DNA of 64,000 nucleotides from NCBI GenBank assembly GCA_016844925.1, contig JAERTI010000035.1:4949-68948 (forward strand). The letters are read 5' to 3'. Shown in pieces: positions 19,566 to 29,572 of the stretch (position 1 is its first letter; each line of letters begins with the position of its first letter). The translations under genes were made by a program, and so were the position numbers. This DNA is from Candidatus Uhrbacteria bacterium. Lineage in GTDB: Bacteria > Patescibacteriota > Patescibacteriia > UBA9934 > GWF2-40-263. The notes beneath the pieces are model-generated. The model saw only the letters and a list, made by a program, of their open reading frames with translations, ran no database searches and was not told the DNA's origin.

Positions 19566-20402
19566 CTAGTAGACGTACTCGTGGTAGCCGGTGCGACCAA
19601 GCTCCTTGCGAGCCTTCAGAATCTTCTCGAACTTCTGCGCGAGTTCGCGCACGTCACTCTCTCCGACGTGGTAGTTGCACGCATGCAGCGGTCCGCTCCG
19701 ACGATGATCGTCCGTGGACCAGTCGTACGTATGGCCGTACATGAGCCGAAACTCAAAGGTCCATCCCCCCCGCTTGCGACGGCTCTTTCGCTTGAGCCGA
19801 TTGACGATGGGACGCAGGTCCGTCATCAGGACCCCCCTGACCATCGGCGGCATGGAGCACCAGTCCTCCACCGTGTCCGAGACGACGATGTTGCCATCGG
19901 ACATGAGTTGAAGAGAAAGGCTGTGAATGTCCCAGTTGTGCGAGACACTTTCGACAACCGTCTGGGCCGCCAAAGGAATCTCACGGGGCGGTTGGATGTA
20001 GCCGTACACCTGGGCGCGAAGGATCGCTTCTGCATCGGGGTAGCCGCCCAGTTCTCCGTTGAGAACTAGCTTGTAGAAGACATCCACGGTCAGCCATGCA
20101 CCAGCTTGGGTGTCAGGGCGCCGCTCCACATCCGTAAGGATGAAGAAGTGATGCTTCACGTGACCCTGGGTCAAGTAGCAAACCGAAATGGCCCGACTGG
20201 TCTCCATCAGAATCACACCACACTGTTCCTTGGCCACCCTGAGAGCCGTGTTGCCTAGGAGCTCATCGGCCTCAGGCGCTCCAGCCGCCACCCGTGGATG
20301 CGGATTCAGCTTTGTGGAGGCAAGCACGATCTTGCCGTCACGGGTGAGTGGGAGCACGATCGCCATCGGCTCGATGGGGGTTTTCTTGTTGGTATCTGTC
20401 AT
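19566..20402 (-). CDS. GC-rich protein with degenerate Nudix N-terminal domain and unknown C-terminal domain (unit 4)
   Basis: AIVLPLTRDGKIVL..AGAPEADELLGNTALRVAKEQCGV; AAAGGGA SD before the ATG at 20402. Confidence 0.65.
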   Translation of the reverse strand: MTDTNKKTPIEPMAIVLPLTRDGKIVLASTKLNPHPRVAAGAPEADELLGNTALRVAKEQCGVILMETSRAISVCYLTQGHVKHHFFILTDVERRPDTQAGAWLTVDVFYKLVLNGELGGYPDAEAILRAQVYGYIQPPREIPLAAQTVVESVSHNWDIHSLSLQLMSDGNIVVSDTVEDWCSMPPMVRGVLMTDLRPIVNRLKRKSRRKRGGWTFEFRLMYGHTYDWSTDDHRRSGPLHACNYHVGESDVRELAQKFEKILKARKELGRTGYHEYVY

Positions 20403-20454
20403 CACATCCCTTTCTGGCACGATGTGCGTTTGTTTTTATCGATGCCAGGAGAAT

Positions 20455-20511
20455 AACTTAGTTTTTTTCGGTTTGTTCGTCAATCCAAAAACCAGGCGTT
20501 CGCCTGGTTTT
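20455..20511 (-). promoter_or_regulatory. Terminator hairpin fused to the sigma70 promoter of unit 4
   Basis: aaaaccaggcgaacgcctggttttt-gga-TTGACG-17-TAAGTT. Confidence 0.7.
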
Positions 20512-20516
20512 ATTGC

Positions 20517-21362
20517 TTATTCTGCGTTCTTTGCTTCAGCGTACTTCTCGAGGGTATCTCTCAGTGCCTCTCCGATAGGCCGCATGGTAATCCCCACCTT
20601 AGCGAGGTTCTCGTTCGCCAAGAAGTTATTTGATCGCCCCTTGGTTGCAAGCCCCTGTGCGACCAACTCTTCATTGCTAATCCACTCATTTGTGTGAGAC
20701 GGATCAACCAGCTCCTCATAGAGCCCGATCAACTCTCGGTGTCGCATGGTTCCCGGGTTGCTCACGTGGAAGATTCCTGCCGCGCGTTTCTCCAGAAGCT
20801 GATGGAACACGTCAATCATGTCCTCAACAATCGTCACGGAGTTCTCCACGTCGATCACCTTTGGATAGCTCGCGAGCTTGTTGATCAAGTTTCCAGGCGC
20901 CGGCTTCCAGTCGATCGGCATGCGGATGCGGGCGATCCCCACATTCGGAAGTGTCGAGAGAACGAGATCCGCAGCCCACTTTGTGCGTGAGTACACCGGT
21001 TGTGGGTTCCCCATGTCATCTTCACGCCACGCCTTGTCTTCATGCGCAGAGTCGCCGTAGAAGATACAACCCGACCCCATGTGCAAGAGGTAGACCCCAC
21101 GCTGCTGACATGCGTCAGCAAGCACGATCGGTTCGAGCGTGTTGCCACGAATCGTCTCGAGCTGATGATCCTCACACCAGTCTACGTTCGGCACACCCTT
21201 AATGCCCGCAGCATTGAATACGACGTCAGGACTATGTGCATCTATCTCAGCAAGCGCCTCATCTACGGTAGAAATAATCTTTTCAGAGAGAACAGCCTCA
21301 TCCCCCCAAGCCTCCTTACAACGCCGACCCATATAGCCAGCTCCGATGATCAAAATCTTCAT
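20517..21362 (-). CDS. NDP-4-keto-6-deoxyglucose 3,5-epimerase/4-reductase (NRS/ER, UER1-type SDR)
   Basis: VFNAAGIKGVPNVDWCE, GSGCIF, YSRTK, RIRMPI motifs. Confidence 0.8.
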   Translation of the reverse strand: MKILIIGAGYMGRRCKEAWGDEAVLSEKIISTVDEALAEIDAHSPDVVFNAAGIKGVPNVDWCEDHQLETIRGNTLEPIVLADACQQRGVYLLHMGSGCIFYGDSAHEDKAWREDDMGNPQPVYSRTKWAADLVLSTLPNVGIARIRMPIDWKPAPGNLINKLASYPKVIDVENSVTIVEDMIDVFHQLLEKRAAGIFHVSNPGTMRHRELIGLYEELVDPSHTNEWISNEELVAQGLATKGRSNNFLANENLAKVGITMRPIGEALRDTLEKYAEAKNAE

Positions 21363-21363
21363 G

Positions 21364-22365
21364 CTATCGATCTTTATATTGCTTATCGTAATACTCCTTG
21401 TACGCACCTGTCCGGCACCCGTCGACCCAGTCCGTGTTGGTCTTGTACCAATCAACAGTCTTGGCGAGCCCTTCCTCAAAACTGGTCAGCGGCTCCCAAC
21501 CACATTCCGTGCGAAGCTTGGTTGAATTGATAGCGTAGCGGCGGTCATGTCCAGGACGATCCTTTACGTACTCAATCGCATCCTCCCCACGGCCCGTGAG
21601 CTCAAGCAACTTTCGCGTCACATCCATGTTTGGCACGCGGTACCCGGTTCCGATGTTGTACGTCTCCCCCAAGCGCCCTTTCTCTGCAATGGCCTCAATG
21701 GCGCGACAGTGGTCCTCGGTGAAGATCCATTCGCGAATCTGCTGGCCATCGCCGTAGACTGGCACGGTCTTTCCCTCAAGGAGGTTCATGGTGAACAGCG
21801 GGATCAACTTCTCTGGGAACTGATACGGACCGTAGAAGTTGCATGAGTGCGTAATAATCACCGGCGTGCCGTAGGTCACTGCATAGGAGTGACAAAGGTG
21901 ATCACCTGCCGCCTTCGATGCGCTGTAGGGTGACCGTGGCTCAAATTTATCTTCCTCAGAACTCTCCCCTTCCATGACGGCTCCGTACACCTCGTCAGTA
22001 GAGATATGCACCATGCGAGGAATCTCGTGCTTGCGCACCGCCTCAAGAAGGTTATAGACACCCTGAATGTTCGTGTCGATAAACGCCTTCGGCTCAAGAA
22101 TCGAACGGTCTACGTGCGTCTCCGCCGCATAGTTGATTATGAGGTCCATACCCTGTACCACCTTATCGACAGCATCGGCATCAGCAATCGATCCTTTCAC
22201 AAACGTGTATCGAGGATCATCCTGAATATCAGACAAACTCGTCAGGTTTCCTGCGTAGGTCAGATTGTCAAAGTTCACAATCTCCACATCCTCACGTGTG
22301 CGAAGCAGATAGTGGATCATATTCGACCCCATGAATCCCGCACCTCCGGTAATCAATATTTTCAT
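21364..22365 (-). CDS. rmlB: dTDP-glucose 4,6-dehydratase
   Basis: TGGAGFMGS, LTYAGN, AAETHVDRSI, STDEVYG, YSASKA, DRPGHDRRY. Confidence 0.96.
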   Translation of the reverse strand: MKILITGGAGFMGSNMIHYLLRTREDVEIVNFDNLTYAGNLTSLSDIQDDPRYTFVKGSIADADAVDKVVQGMDLIINYAAETHVDRSILEPKAFIDTNIQGVYNLLEAVRKHEIPRMVHISTDEVYGAVMEGESSEEDKFEPRSPYSASKAAGDHLCHSYAVTYGTPVIITHSCNFYGPYQFPEKLIPLFTMNLLEGKTVPVYGDGQQIREWIFTEDHCRAIEAIAEKGRLGETYNIGTGYRVPNMDVTRKLLELTGRGEDAIEYVKDRPGHDRRYAINSTKLRTECGWEPLTSFEEGLAKTVDWYKTNTDWVDGCRTGAYKEYYDKQYKDR

Positions 22366-22916
22366 ACTTGCTTTTCGATATACTCAACGACTTTTTTTCT
22401 TACAAGGCACCAAGCTGAGATACTAAATCCATCCCATATCTCCCCCGATCCAATCGCTTCATCCACCTCTTCGACCGTCATAAGCACCGACTCAAACGAT
22501 TCAAACTCATCTGGATTCGTCTCTCCGGCCACAAGTCCGTGTGCAAGATACACCCTCATATACTCCTCAAACAATCCGTTCGCTGGAGCAACCTCTCGAA
22601 TTTTCTCGATATGCCCTGCGGTATACCCCGTCTCCTCTTGAAGCTCTGCAACCGCAGCCTCCTCATCTGTTTGTTCGAGCTTTATTCCTCCCGACGGAAA
22701 CTCGAGACTCACTCTATCGAACAAGTATCGATACTCTCGATGAAGCACCAGGCGACCATCATCAAGAACCGGCACAATAATAACAGACCCAACAGGAGTC
22801 TTCATGTAGTAGTAGTCCCCCTGCTTCCCATCAGGCGTCTCGAATCGCTTGTGAAGAAATTCTGTCCATGGATTCTTGTGGAGAGATTCTGTCTTCAATG
22901 TCTTCCATGACTTCAT
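22362..22916 (-). CDS. Nudix hydrolase (ADP-ribose pyrophosphatase-like)
   Basis: EYRY..LEFPSGG..AAVAELQEETGY. Confidence 0.88.
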   Translation of the reverse strand: MKSWKTLKTESLHKNPWTEFLHKRFETPDGKQGDYYYMKTPVGSVIIVPVLDDGRLVLHREYRYLFDRVSLEFPSGGIKLEQTDEEAAVAELQEETGYTAGHIEKIREVAPANGLFEEYMRVYLAHGLVAGETNPDEFESFESVLMTVEEVDEAIGSGEIWDGFSISAWCLVRKKVVEYIEKQV

Positions 22917-23371
22917 AGACTGCACTTGTTCTCTCCGCGCTTACAGCAAGTATTCGATGTTCTCTTGATCTTTCCGCAAAGCTTCTCTGCAAGAGCGGTT
23001 CGCTCTTCGTCTGTCGCTCCGTCATGAGGCCACGCAGCAAGCCCATCACCCTCATAGCGAGGGATGATGTGGAGGTGTGTGTGGAACACAGACTGACCGG
23101 CGGCTGTTCCGATGTTTGATGTCACATTGAACCCATCGGCCTTCACAACAGACTTAATCGTTGGAGCAATCTGCTTCACGACCGTCATCACACGACGCAG
23201 ATCTTTTTCTGATGATTCTGTCAGGTCCGCCCCATGAGCCTTTGGAATAACCAATGTGTGCCCAGCCTTCACGGGATTGATATCCAGGAATGCAAGGACA
23301 TGCTCGTCCTCATAGACCTTTGAAGACGGAATTTCCCCCTCGATGATCTTACAAAAGAGACAGTCTGACAT
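22913..23371 (-). CDS. HIT family nucleotide hydrolase
   Basis: CLFCKII, AGQSVFHTHLHIIPR. Confidence 0.95.
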   Translation of the reverse strand: MSDCLFCKIIEGEIPSSKVYEDEHVLAFLDINPVKAGHTLVIPKAHGADLTESSEKDLRRVMTVVKQIAPTIKSVVKADGFNVTSNIGTAAGQSVFHTHLHIIPRYEGDGLAAWPHDGATDEERTALAEKLCGKIKRTSNTCCKRGENKCSL

Positions 23372-23372
23372 A

Positions 23373-23735
23373 TTAGTCTTTGATTAATACGTAGATAATA
23401 GACGGAATGAAGAGCCCCATAAGGGCCAAAAGCAGTCTGTAACCATCGAGTCCATCAGATGTGCTCCAGGTTATCACAGCAAGGATAATCCCTAAAGATA
23501 GGGCCACAAGGGACTCAAGCCATGGCCGCTGCGTGTACTGATCCACGACGGCTGCCCACCAAACACCAAAGACAATCGCTGAGAGCAGGAAGATGTGCAC
23601 GGAGAAGTACCGAGAAACAAACCCTGGCTGGAGAGCATCCAGGAGCCAGAACAAGATGTACGACGTCACGGCAACGAGGAACCCTGTGCGTGTGATGGTC
23701 TCTATGGCAGAAAAAGATTTTGTCTTCCAGATCAT
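23373..23735 (-). CDS. Small 4-TM membrane protein
   Basis: Hydrophobic ORF, translationally coupled to neighbours. Confidence 0.75.
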   Translation of the reverse strand: MIWKTKSFSAIETITRTGFLVAVTSYILFWLLDALQPGFVSRYFSVHIFLLSAIVFGVWWAAVVDQYTQRPWLESLVALSLGIILAVITWSTSDGLDGYRLLLALMGLFIPSIIYVLIKD

Positions 23736-25141
23736 AGATCTATCGCCTCTTTAAAAAACCAAGCATTGATCTTATGAACGAGCCAGGACGTTTCTAGCGC
23801 ATCAATCCCAGGTGTGGAGAAACTAAACTTCCATGTGTGGTCATCGTCGATTATTTCTTCGACAAGGAACCCCACATCGGCCACCAGCCATTCACCCTCT
23901 TGTCGCGGCGACTGATAGTTTGCCAACACGTAATCTACGTCGAGCTGCTCAACTGTCGCGTAGGCACTTAGTGGCGTTGGATCTGGGTCAAAATATTGCG
24001 ATGCAGAGAACGCCATCTTTCCCTCAGTCACTAGTTCCAAATCTCCGGCCGGAATCTCAACAGATTCCACACCCGCCCCCGAGAGCTCAAGCACATACCA
24101 CTGATAAGGCTCTTCTACTTCCACCTCACCACTATCCCCCGTAAGCGTTTGGACACCTTCTGCATGCTTGGTCTGCCCGCGTAGACGCTTTGAACCTGTC
24201 CAGAGTGTTGTGCCTCGTGGCGGCTCGCTGTAGCCCACCTCGTCACCAATAAAGACCGTGTTCAAGAAGACGACCTTTTGCTGTGGCGTCTGAATCGATC
24301 GGAAGAAGACGTCACGTGTCGTCGACATCACCACCTTGTACACTCCCTCGCTAAGCCCTCCTGCGGTCAGCTCCAGATGCATGACCCCGCTTGGCTGTGC
24401 CTCATCGGTACTATCTCCATCGTCCTCAGCCCGCGCCTCAGCAACCGGCTGACCCTGCTCATTGAACACGGTGATACGCACAACATCCTCGCCTTCATCG
24501 CGATTCATGTCCATGTAGTCGAAGGTAAAACGAAGCGTCTCGTCTTTGATGTACGTCTTAAACTCGTGATGCCCACGGAGCGAGACATCGATTCGCTGCT
24601 CAGCATCGGTTGGCTCATAGCCATCCAGGCGATACGGGACGTCGTAGGTGGTTCGATAGGTGGCCACACGGTCACGTGCGGGTGGACTAGCGAAGAAGTC
24701 ATCGATGGATGCGTACTGCTGTTCACGCTGAAGCAGCACAAGCTCTTCACCATTAATACGTGTCCAATCACTCTCATCAATCAGCCGGTTGTGCAGCGGT
24801 AGAAGCGTGTAAACATCTGGATCTTCTCCCGAGAAGGCTCCTAGCTCCACGATCGGCAACGTCTCATTCTGAAACCAAACTTCAAGCTGCACCGCACTAA
24901 AGTCACGATGTGGGTGCACAAAGAAAAATGCTGGATCCGACACAATCGCTTGCATCCCATCGACGGGCACCTCCACGCGCTGACTCGGTCCAATTTCATC
25001 GATGAACGGAGACTCTTCCCCGACAACATGTTCAACAAAAAACACTCCCGACGGCACAAACCACTGCGTCGCAAGCCACCCGAGAATCAGGATCGGGATC
25101 AAAATAAAGACGAACTGTGTAAAGCGTGTAAGGATGATCAT
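23732..25141 (-). CDS. Membrane-anchored hypothetical protein
   Basis: N-terminal TM, acidic ectodomain, ATGA overlaps with neighbours. Confidence 0.75.
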   Translation of the reverse strand: MIILTRFTQFVFILIPILILGWLATQWFVPSGVFFVEHVVGEESPFIDEIGPSQRVEVPVDGMQAIVSDPAFFFVHPHRDFSAVQLEVWFQNETLPIVELGAFSGEDPDVYTLLPLHNRLIDESDWTRINGEELVLLQREQQYASIDDFFASPPARDRVATYRTTYDVPYRLDGYEPTDAEQRIDVSLRGHHEFKTYIKDETLRFTFDYMDMNRDEGEDVVRITVFNEQGQPVAEARAEDDGDSTDEAQPSGVMHLELTAGGLSEGVYKVVMSTTRDVFFRSIQTPQQKVVFLNTVFIGDEVGYSEPPRGTTLWTGSKRLRGQTKHAEGVQTLTGDSGEVEVEEPYQWYVLELSGAGVESVEIPAGDLELVTEGKMAFSASQYFDPDPTPLSAYATVEQLDVDYVLANYQSPRQEGEWLVADVGFLVEEIIDDDHTWKFSFSTPGIDALETSWLVHKINAWFFKEAIDL

Positions 25142-26757
25142 GGGAATATGCGATACAAACTTTCCTCATCGTATGTCTCAACGAGCTCAATACCAAGCCC
25201 CATGCCCCCCAAGCGAGACTCGTTTAGGTAATCGATGTCTTCTTGTGGGAAGGTAATGCCATAGTAGTAGAGCGGTGCGGACTCGAGCACGATCGGCATG
25301 GCTGCATACGTCGCGTCGTCGCGTAGCGGATACATCACCCGCCTGTGTGGAAAAAACAACTTGTCGGCACGATCTACGATCACGACAGCGTCTGCCTCAG
25401 TATGCCCCAAGACCGACGACTGAATCTCTGAGGAACGCTCAAGCTGAGCACGCATGATGAGCAGGCCATCTTGCCCTTGAATGAACACGGCGCTGACATT
25501 CATGCCGATCACCGCGACACACAACGCCGCCGTCAGAAACCCTCTGGCAACAGCTGTACGACCGAAACGAACCACCCAGACAATTCCCGCCGCAATCATC
25601 GGCACGGACATCAAGTACATTGGAAGCCAGTAGCGTACATAGGAGTTCGCCATGGTGATCTGCGTGGGGTCAGGATTGTCATGGATCTCCCAGGAGCCGT
25701 ACATGAATACAAGCCAGGCACTCACGAACGTGCCGAGAATAATCATTGCGCGTACATCTCGACGGTGGCGCTTTTGTGAAAAGAGTACGAATAGCCCCAT
25801 GCCCGCCAAGACACTCAGCCACCAAAACATCTCCACTCCATAGGCACTAAAGTGACGCCAAGCGTTCATTGGATGAAAACCAAACGGCAGAAGCTCGACC
25901 GCATCAAGAGAGTCACCGGCAGCAAGGTCGACAGTCTGTTCTACGGCCCCGACGGTGTACCCCGTTGTCAGTGGATGGCCATAGGTCAGATAGTTCATCC
26001 CGAGAAGCAAGCCGGCTCCAACGAGTAACCCCAGGAATCCAGCCTGCAGGCGACGAATCGAGAGAGACTTGTGCCAAACGATCGCTGCAGCCAGAAGCCC
26101 GCCTACAACCCACGTAATTTCTGAAGTCCGAACAAAGAGCGCGAGCCCCAAAGCGAGACCAGCGAGAACCTCGGCCCAGATCCCAAGACGCTTTGGACGG
26201 CACACCCAAAGCCATGCACTCAGGATAAGTGCGTCTACGAAAAGCATGTTGTGCATAAGGCCACGTGCGCTGTAATACCAGACGGCAGGATGCAAGAGAA
26301 ACAATCCGAAACTCAACGTGGCAATGGATGGTGTCGTGAATCGCTGAACGATTTGCTTAAACCCCAGCGCAGCACCAATAGTCACGAGGGGGGTAAGAAT
26401 CCAAAGCACCCACAAACCCAGAACAATTGCCGCTGTACCGTAGAGAACTGGGAGACCAAGGAAACTCCCTGGAAGAAGCTGTCCGTCGACTGTCACCGTA
26501 CTACGAGGGTGAATGCGGTCCTGGATGGCAGGATCAAGATCATACGCACCGAGATACCCCCCCGCGTCAAACAGCGTCGATGCAACATACGCGTTAGCCG
26601 TCTCGTCTGGTGACACGTAGAGATTTGCTGGATTCACGAGCGCGAGAGAGCCAATAAAAAAGATAATGGCAACCAAAATCATAAACCCCCTCGAGACCCT
26701 CGGGGGGCATTTCACATCCTTTCCCTTTATCGATGTGCGCTTCAAACTAGAGGCCAT
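25138..26757 (-). CDS. Polytopic GT-C-like glycosyltransferase (PMT/ArnT-like); start uncertain
   Basis: SPDE motif after the first TM, about 12 TM helices, RYWLP. Confidence 0.65.
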   Translation of the reverse strand: MASSLKRTSIKGKDVKCPPRVSRGFMILVAIIFFIGSLALVNPANLYVSPDETANAYVASTLFDAGGYLGAYDLDPAIQDRIHPRSTVTVDGQLLPGSFLGLPVLYGTAAIVLGLWVLWILTPLVTIGAALGFKQIVQRFTTPSIATLSFGLFLLHPAVWYYSARGLMHNMLFVDALILSAWLWVCRPKRLGIWAEVLAGLALGLALFVRTSEITWVVGGLLAAAIVWHKSLSIRRLQAGFLGLLVGAGLLLGMNYLTYGHPLTTGYTVGAVEQTVDLAAGDSLDAVELLPFGFHPMNAWRHFSAYGVEMFWWLSVLAGMGLFVLFSQKRHRRDVRAMIILGTFVSAWLVFMYGSWEIHDNPDPTQITMANSYVRYWLPMYLMSVPMIAAGIVWVVRFGRTAVARGFLTAALCVAVIGMNVSAVFIQGQDGLLIMRAQLERSSEIQSSVLGHTEADAVVIVDRADKLFFPHRRVMYPLRDDATYAAMPIVLESAPLYYYGITFPQEDIDYLNESRLGGMGLGIELVETYDEESLYRIFP

Positions 26758-27325
26758 AGGTAAACAGACTGATTATGGCAAACACCACAGCGAGCGAGAG
26801 CGTGCCGACACTGATTGGAATAAACAGGTCGAATCCTGCCCACAGAGCGATGAGCAAAAGTAATACTCCTGTGACCTGGAGAAACATCTTCGTTTTTCCA
26901 AATACATTCGCTGAAACAATTTTCCCGTTGTGCTTACGAATGACTCCTCCTGCGATAAGGAGGGCTTCAACAAGCACAATCAGCAGTCCAAAGAACAAGT
27001 TCACATGCTGCACGACAACCAACAGAACTACAGACCCAATGAGGATCTTATCGGCCAGAGGGTCATAGAAGGTTCCCCACTCGGTAATCTGCTTGCGAAT
27101 CCTTGCGGTCGATCCATCCAAGGCATCCGTAAACGCGACAAATAAAAATAACGGTATGCCTACCGAAAATTGCTGTACATAGAGTAACCAAAGCACCACT
27201 GGTGTCATCACGATCCTGAACATGGTAATCATGTTCGGTGTAACAAATGGGGGCACCAGCGGGACAAATGTGTAGCGCATGATGTGATCGTGTGGAAACA
27301 GCTTTGCCGGATCGCGCTGAGACAT
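26747..27325 (-). CDS. CDP-alcohol phosphatidyltransferase (PgsA-like)
   Basis: TPNMIT, DALDGSTAR..GTFYDPLADK; start reassigned to MSQRDP. Confidence 0.9.
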   Translation of the reverse strand: MSQRDPAKLFPHDHIMRYTFVPLVPPFVTPNMITMFRIVMTPVVLWLLYVQQFSVGIPLFLFVAFTDALDGSTARIRKQITEWGTFYDPLADKILIGSVVLLVVVQHVNLFFGLLIVLVEALLIAGGVIRKHNGKIVSANVFGKTKMFLQVTGVLLLLIALWAGFDLFIPISVGTLSLAVVFAIISLFTYGL

Positions 27326-27344
27326 AGTAAACTTACTGAAGATT

Positions 27345-29477
27345 ATGCTCCGTCGACTCCATGCTACCATCTTTGCAGTGCTGTTCCTAGCGCTTTTTGT
27401 GGCCAACACCTTCCTCATTGGGAGCGTGTTTTTTGGTGGTGTTTTGCTCGCTTTGTACCTAGGAGCGTTTGGCTGGGAGCTTGGCGGCATCATCACAAAG
27501 AGCGAAAAGGCTGTTCTGCGGTGGTGGCTTGGAATCTGGGTGCTCTTGAGTATTCTCCTAACGGTTTTGACTGCCAGCTACTACCTTTGGGCGATTACCG
27601 CCACAATGGTGCATATTGTCATCCTGCTCACACCCCCTATTCTGCTCGTTGCCGCACGTAAAACAGCTCACCGATCGCTCTTTGCCCATGCTCACAATCT
27701 CTGGAAAGAAAAGCGTCACCGTGTTCCTAATACGGTCTGGATCGTGGCCGCGGGGTCACTCCTACTCCTGAGCCTCCTGTTCTCCGTCTTGGGCGCCCAC
27801 CCTGTCACAGATGCGGTCCGCTCCGTCTGGGAACGACTCCCTGAGAGTGTCTTCCTTCTCCTGTTGTTATCGACAGCACTCGTCTTCGCCTTGCTCTGGC
27901 GCGGACGAGAACGCGCACTCTCGCTCGTCTTGCTCTCAGTACTGCTGTTTGCTGCCATCAGCGTCGCGGCGATTGTCTTCCCGCTGGGTTTTGGATTCGA
28001 CTCGTTCATCCACAAAGCAACCGAGGCCCACTTGGCGGAGTTCGGTACCATCACCCCTAAGCCTTTCTACTACATTGGTCAGTACGCTCTGGTCCTGCTC
28101 GCCCATCACGGCTTTTTGATTCCCATCGATCTTGCCGATACATTTCTTGTCCCCGTCCTGACAGCCCTGCTACTCCCCATGGCTTGGTACTTTGCTGCGG
28201 CACACATCGTCCGCAAAAAGTCCGTCGCCATGCTCACGCTCTCAGGCATGTTCCTACTCCCGCTCTCAAGCTTTATCGTGACTACCCCTCAAGGCCTGGC
28301 AAACCTCTGGACGCTCCTGCTCATCCTCGCGTCGATTCCCTACCTGCTTGAACACGAGCACCCACGCCTGCGCGTGCTCGCCCTCGGCGCCATTGCCACG
28401 CTCTTGATCCACCCCATCGCCGGCATTCCAACCCTCCTCTATTTCATGTTCCTGGCGACAGATCCTTCGCGCACAAATCCCCGCACCCCCACAACCAATC
28501 GCATTGTCCGCATTCTGCTCATTAGCTTCGCTTCCATCGTGCTCCCACTGAGCTTTGCCGTGAACGCCTTCATCAGCGGACAGTCGCTCGGTATTGATCT
28601 GGCTGCCCTCAACCCCCTCACCTGGTTTTCTAACCTGAACCTGACCGTCTTTTTCGAGAGTCGATTCGATCCACTCCTAGACATCGTCTACCTCTACGGC
28701 CTCAACGCCATGCTCGTCCTTGTTATCTTGGCGACCTTTGCTTGGTTTGAGTACCGCAAAGAACTCTCACGACGCTTCCGCGCCATCCTCCTGATGGTCA
28801 TGGCACTTGCCATCAACTACTTCATCATGTCAGGTGCGCTCGAGTTCACCTTTCTCATCGATTACGAGCGCGCCAACTACGCAGCACGCCTTCTCCCTCT
28901 CATAGGGCTCTTCCTGACCCCATACGTCATCCTCGGCCTGGGTCACCTGTTCATGAACATCAAAACCCAACCCGTCATCCTCCGCGGCGGAGCACTCGTC
29001 CTCCTCGTCGCGATCGCCACATCCAGCGTCTACATGGCCTATCCCCGACGTGATGCCTATGAGACCAGTCGAGGATTTAACGTGAGCCAAGCAGACATCG
29101 ATGCCGTGCACCTCGTTGAGAGCCTCGCAGGTCCGCAGCCGTACCTCGCTCTGGCGAACCAGTCCGTGAGCGCGGCGGCGATTTCCGAGATTGGCTTCCA
29201 GTATTTCGAGGATCTCTTCTTCTACCCCATCCCTACCGGCGGCGCTCTCTACGAGGTCTTCCTACAAATGAACGAACAACCCTCTCGTGAAACCGCCAAG
29301 CAAGCCCTTAATCTCGTGCCACAGCACGGCGATGTAAACCGACTCTACTTCCTGGTCAACAACTACTGGTGGCAAGCCCCTCGCATCATCGAGACCGCGA
29401 AGACCACAGCCGACGACTGGCGCTCCGTGGGCGAAGAGGGGCAGGTGTACGTGTTTGAGTATCTATTCGACTATTAA
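27345..29477 (+). CDS. Large polytopic membrane protein, GT-C-like; paralog of 56059-58125
   Basis: GFGFDSFIH, YYIGQYAL, SAAAISEIGF, YPIPTGG. Confidence 0.7.
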   Translation: MLRRLHATIFAVLFLALFVANTFLIGSVFFGGVLLALYLGAFGWELGGIITKSEKAVLRWWLGIWVLLSILLTVLTASYYLWAITATMVHIVILLTPPILLVAARKTAHRSLFAHAHNLWKEKRHRVPNTVWIVAAGSLLLLSLLFSVLGAHPVTDAVRSVWERLPESVFLLLLLSTALVFALLWRGRERALSLVLLSVLLFAAISVAAIVFPLGFGFDSFIHKATEAHLAEFGTITPKPFYYIGQYALVLLAHHGFLIPIDLADTFLVPVLTALLLPMAWYFAAAHIVRKKSVAMLTLSGMFLLPLSSFIVTTPQGLANLWTLLLILASIPYLLEHEHPRLRVLALGAIATLLIHPIAGIPTLLYFMFLATDPSRTNPRTPTTNRIVRILLISFASIVLPLSFAVNAFISGQSLGIDLAALNPLTWFSNLNLTVFFESRFDPLLDIVYLYGLNAMLVLVILATFAWFEYRKELSRRFRAILLMVMALAINYFIMSGALEFTFLIDYERANYAARLLPLIGLFLTPYVILGLGHLFMNIKTQPVILRGGALVLLVAIATSSVYMAYPRRDAYETSRGFNVSQADIDAVHLVESLAGPQPYLALANQSVSAAAISEIGFQYFEDLFFYPIPTGGALYEVFLQMNEQPSRETAKQALNLVPQHGDVNRLYFLVNNYWWQAPRIIETAKTTADDWRSVGEEGQVYVFEYLFDY

Positions 29478-29479
29478 CA

Positions 29480-29508
29480 AACGACCTTAAGAGCAAGGTC
29501 GTTTTTTG
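29480..29508 (+). terminator. Intrinsic terminator
   Basis: aaacgacctt-aagagc-aaggtcgttttttt. Confidence 0.75.
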
Positions 29509-29515
29509 TATCCAA

Positions 29516-29553
29516 GAAAAAAGACGCTCGATGAGCGTCAGGGTGTTCACCCT
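29516..29553 (-). terminator. Hairpin followed by terminator, after unit 5
   Basis: agggtg-aa-caccct, then gacgctc-atc-gagcgtc-tttttt. Confidence 0.75.
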
Positions 29554-29572
29554 CGTGTTGTTCGTTTGAACT

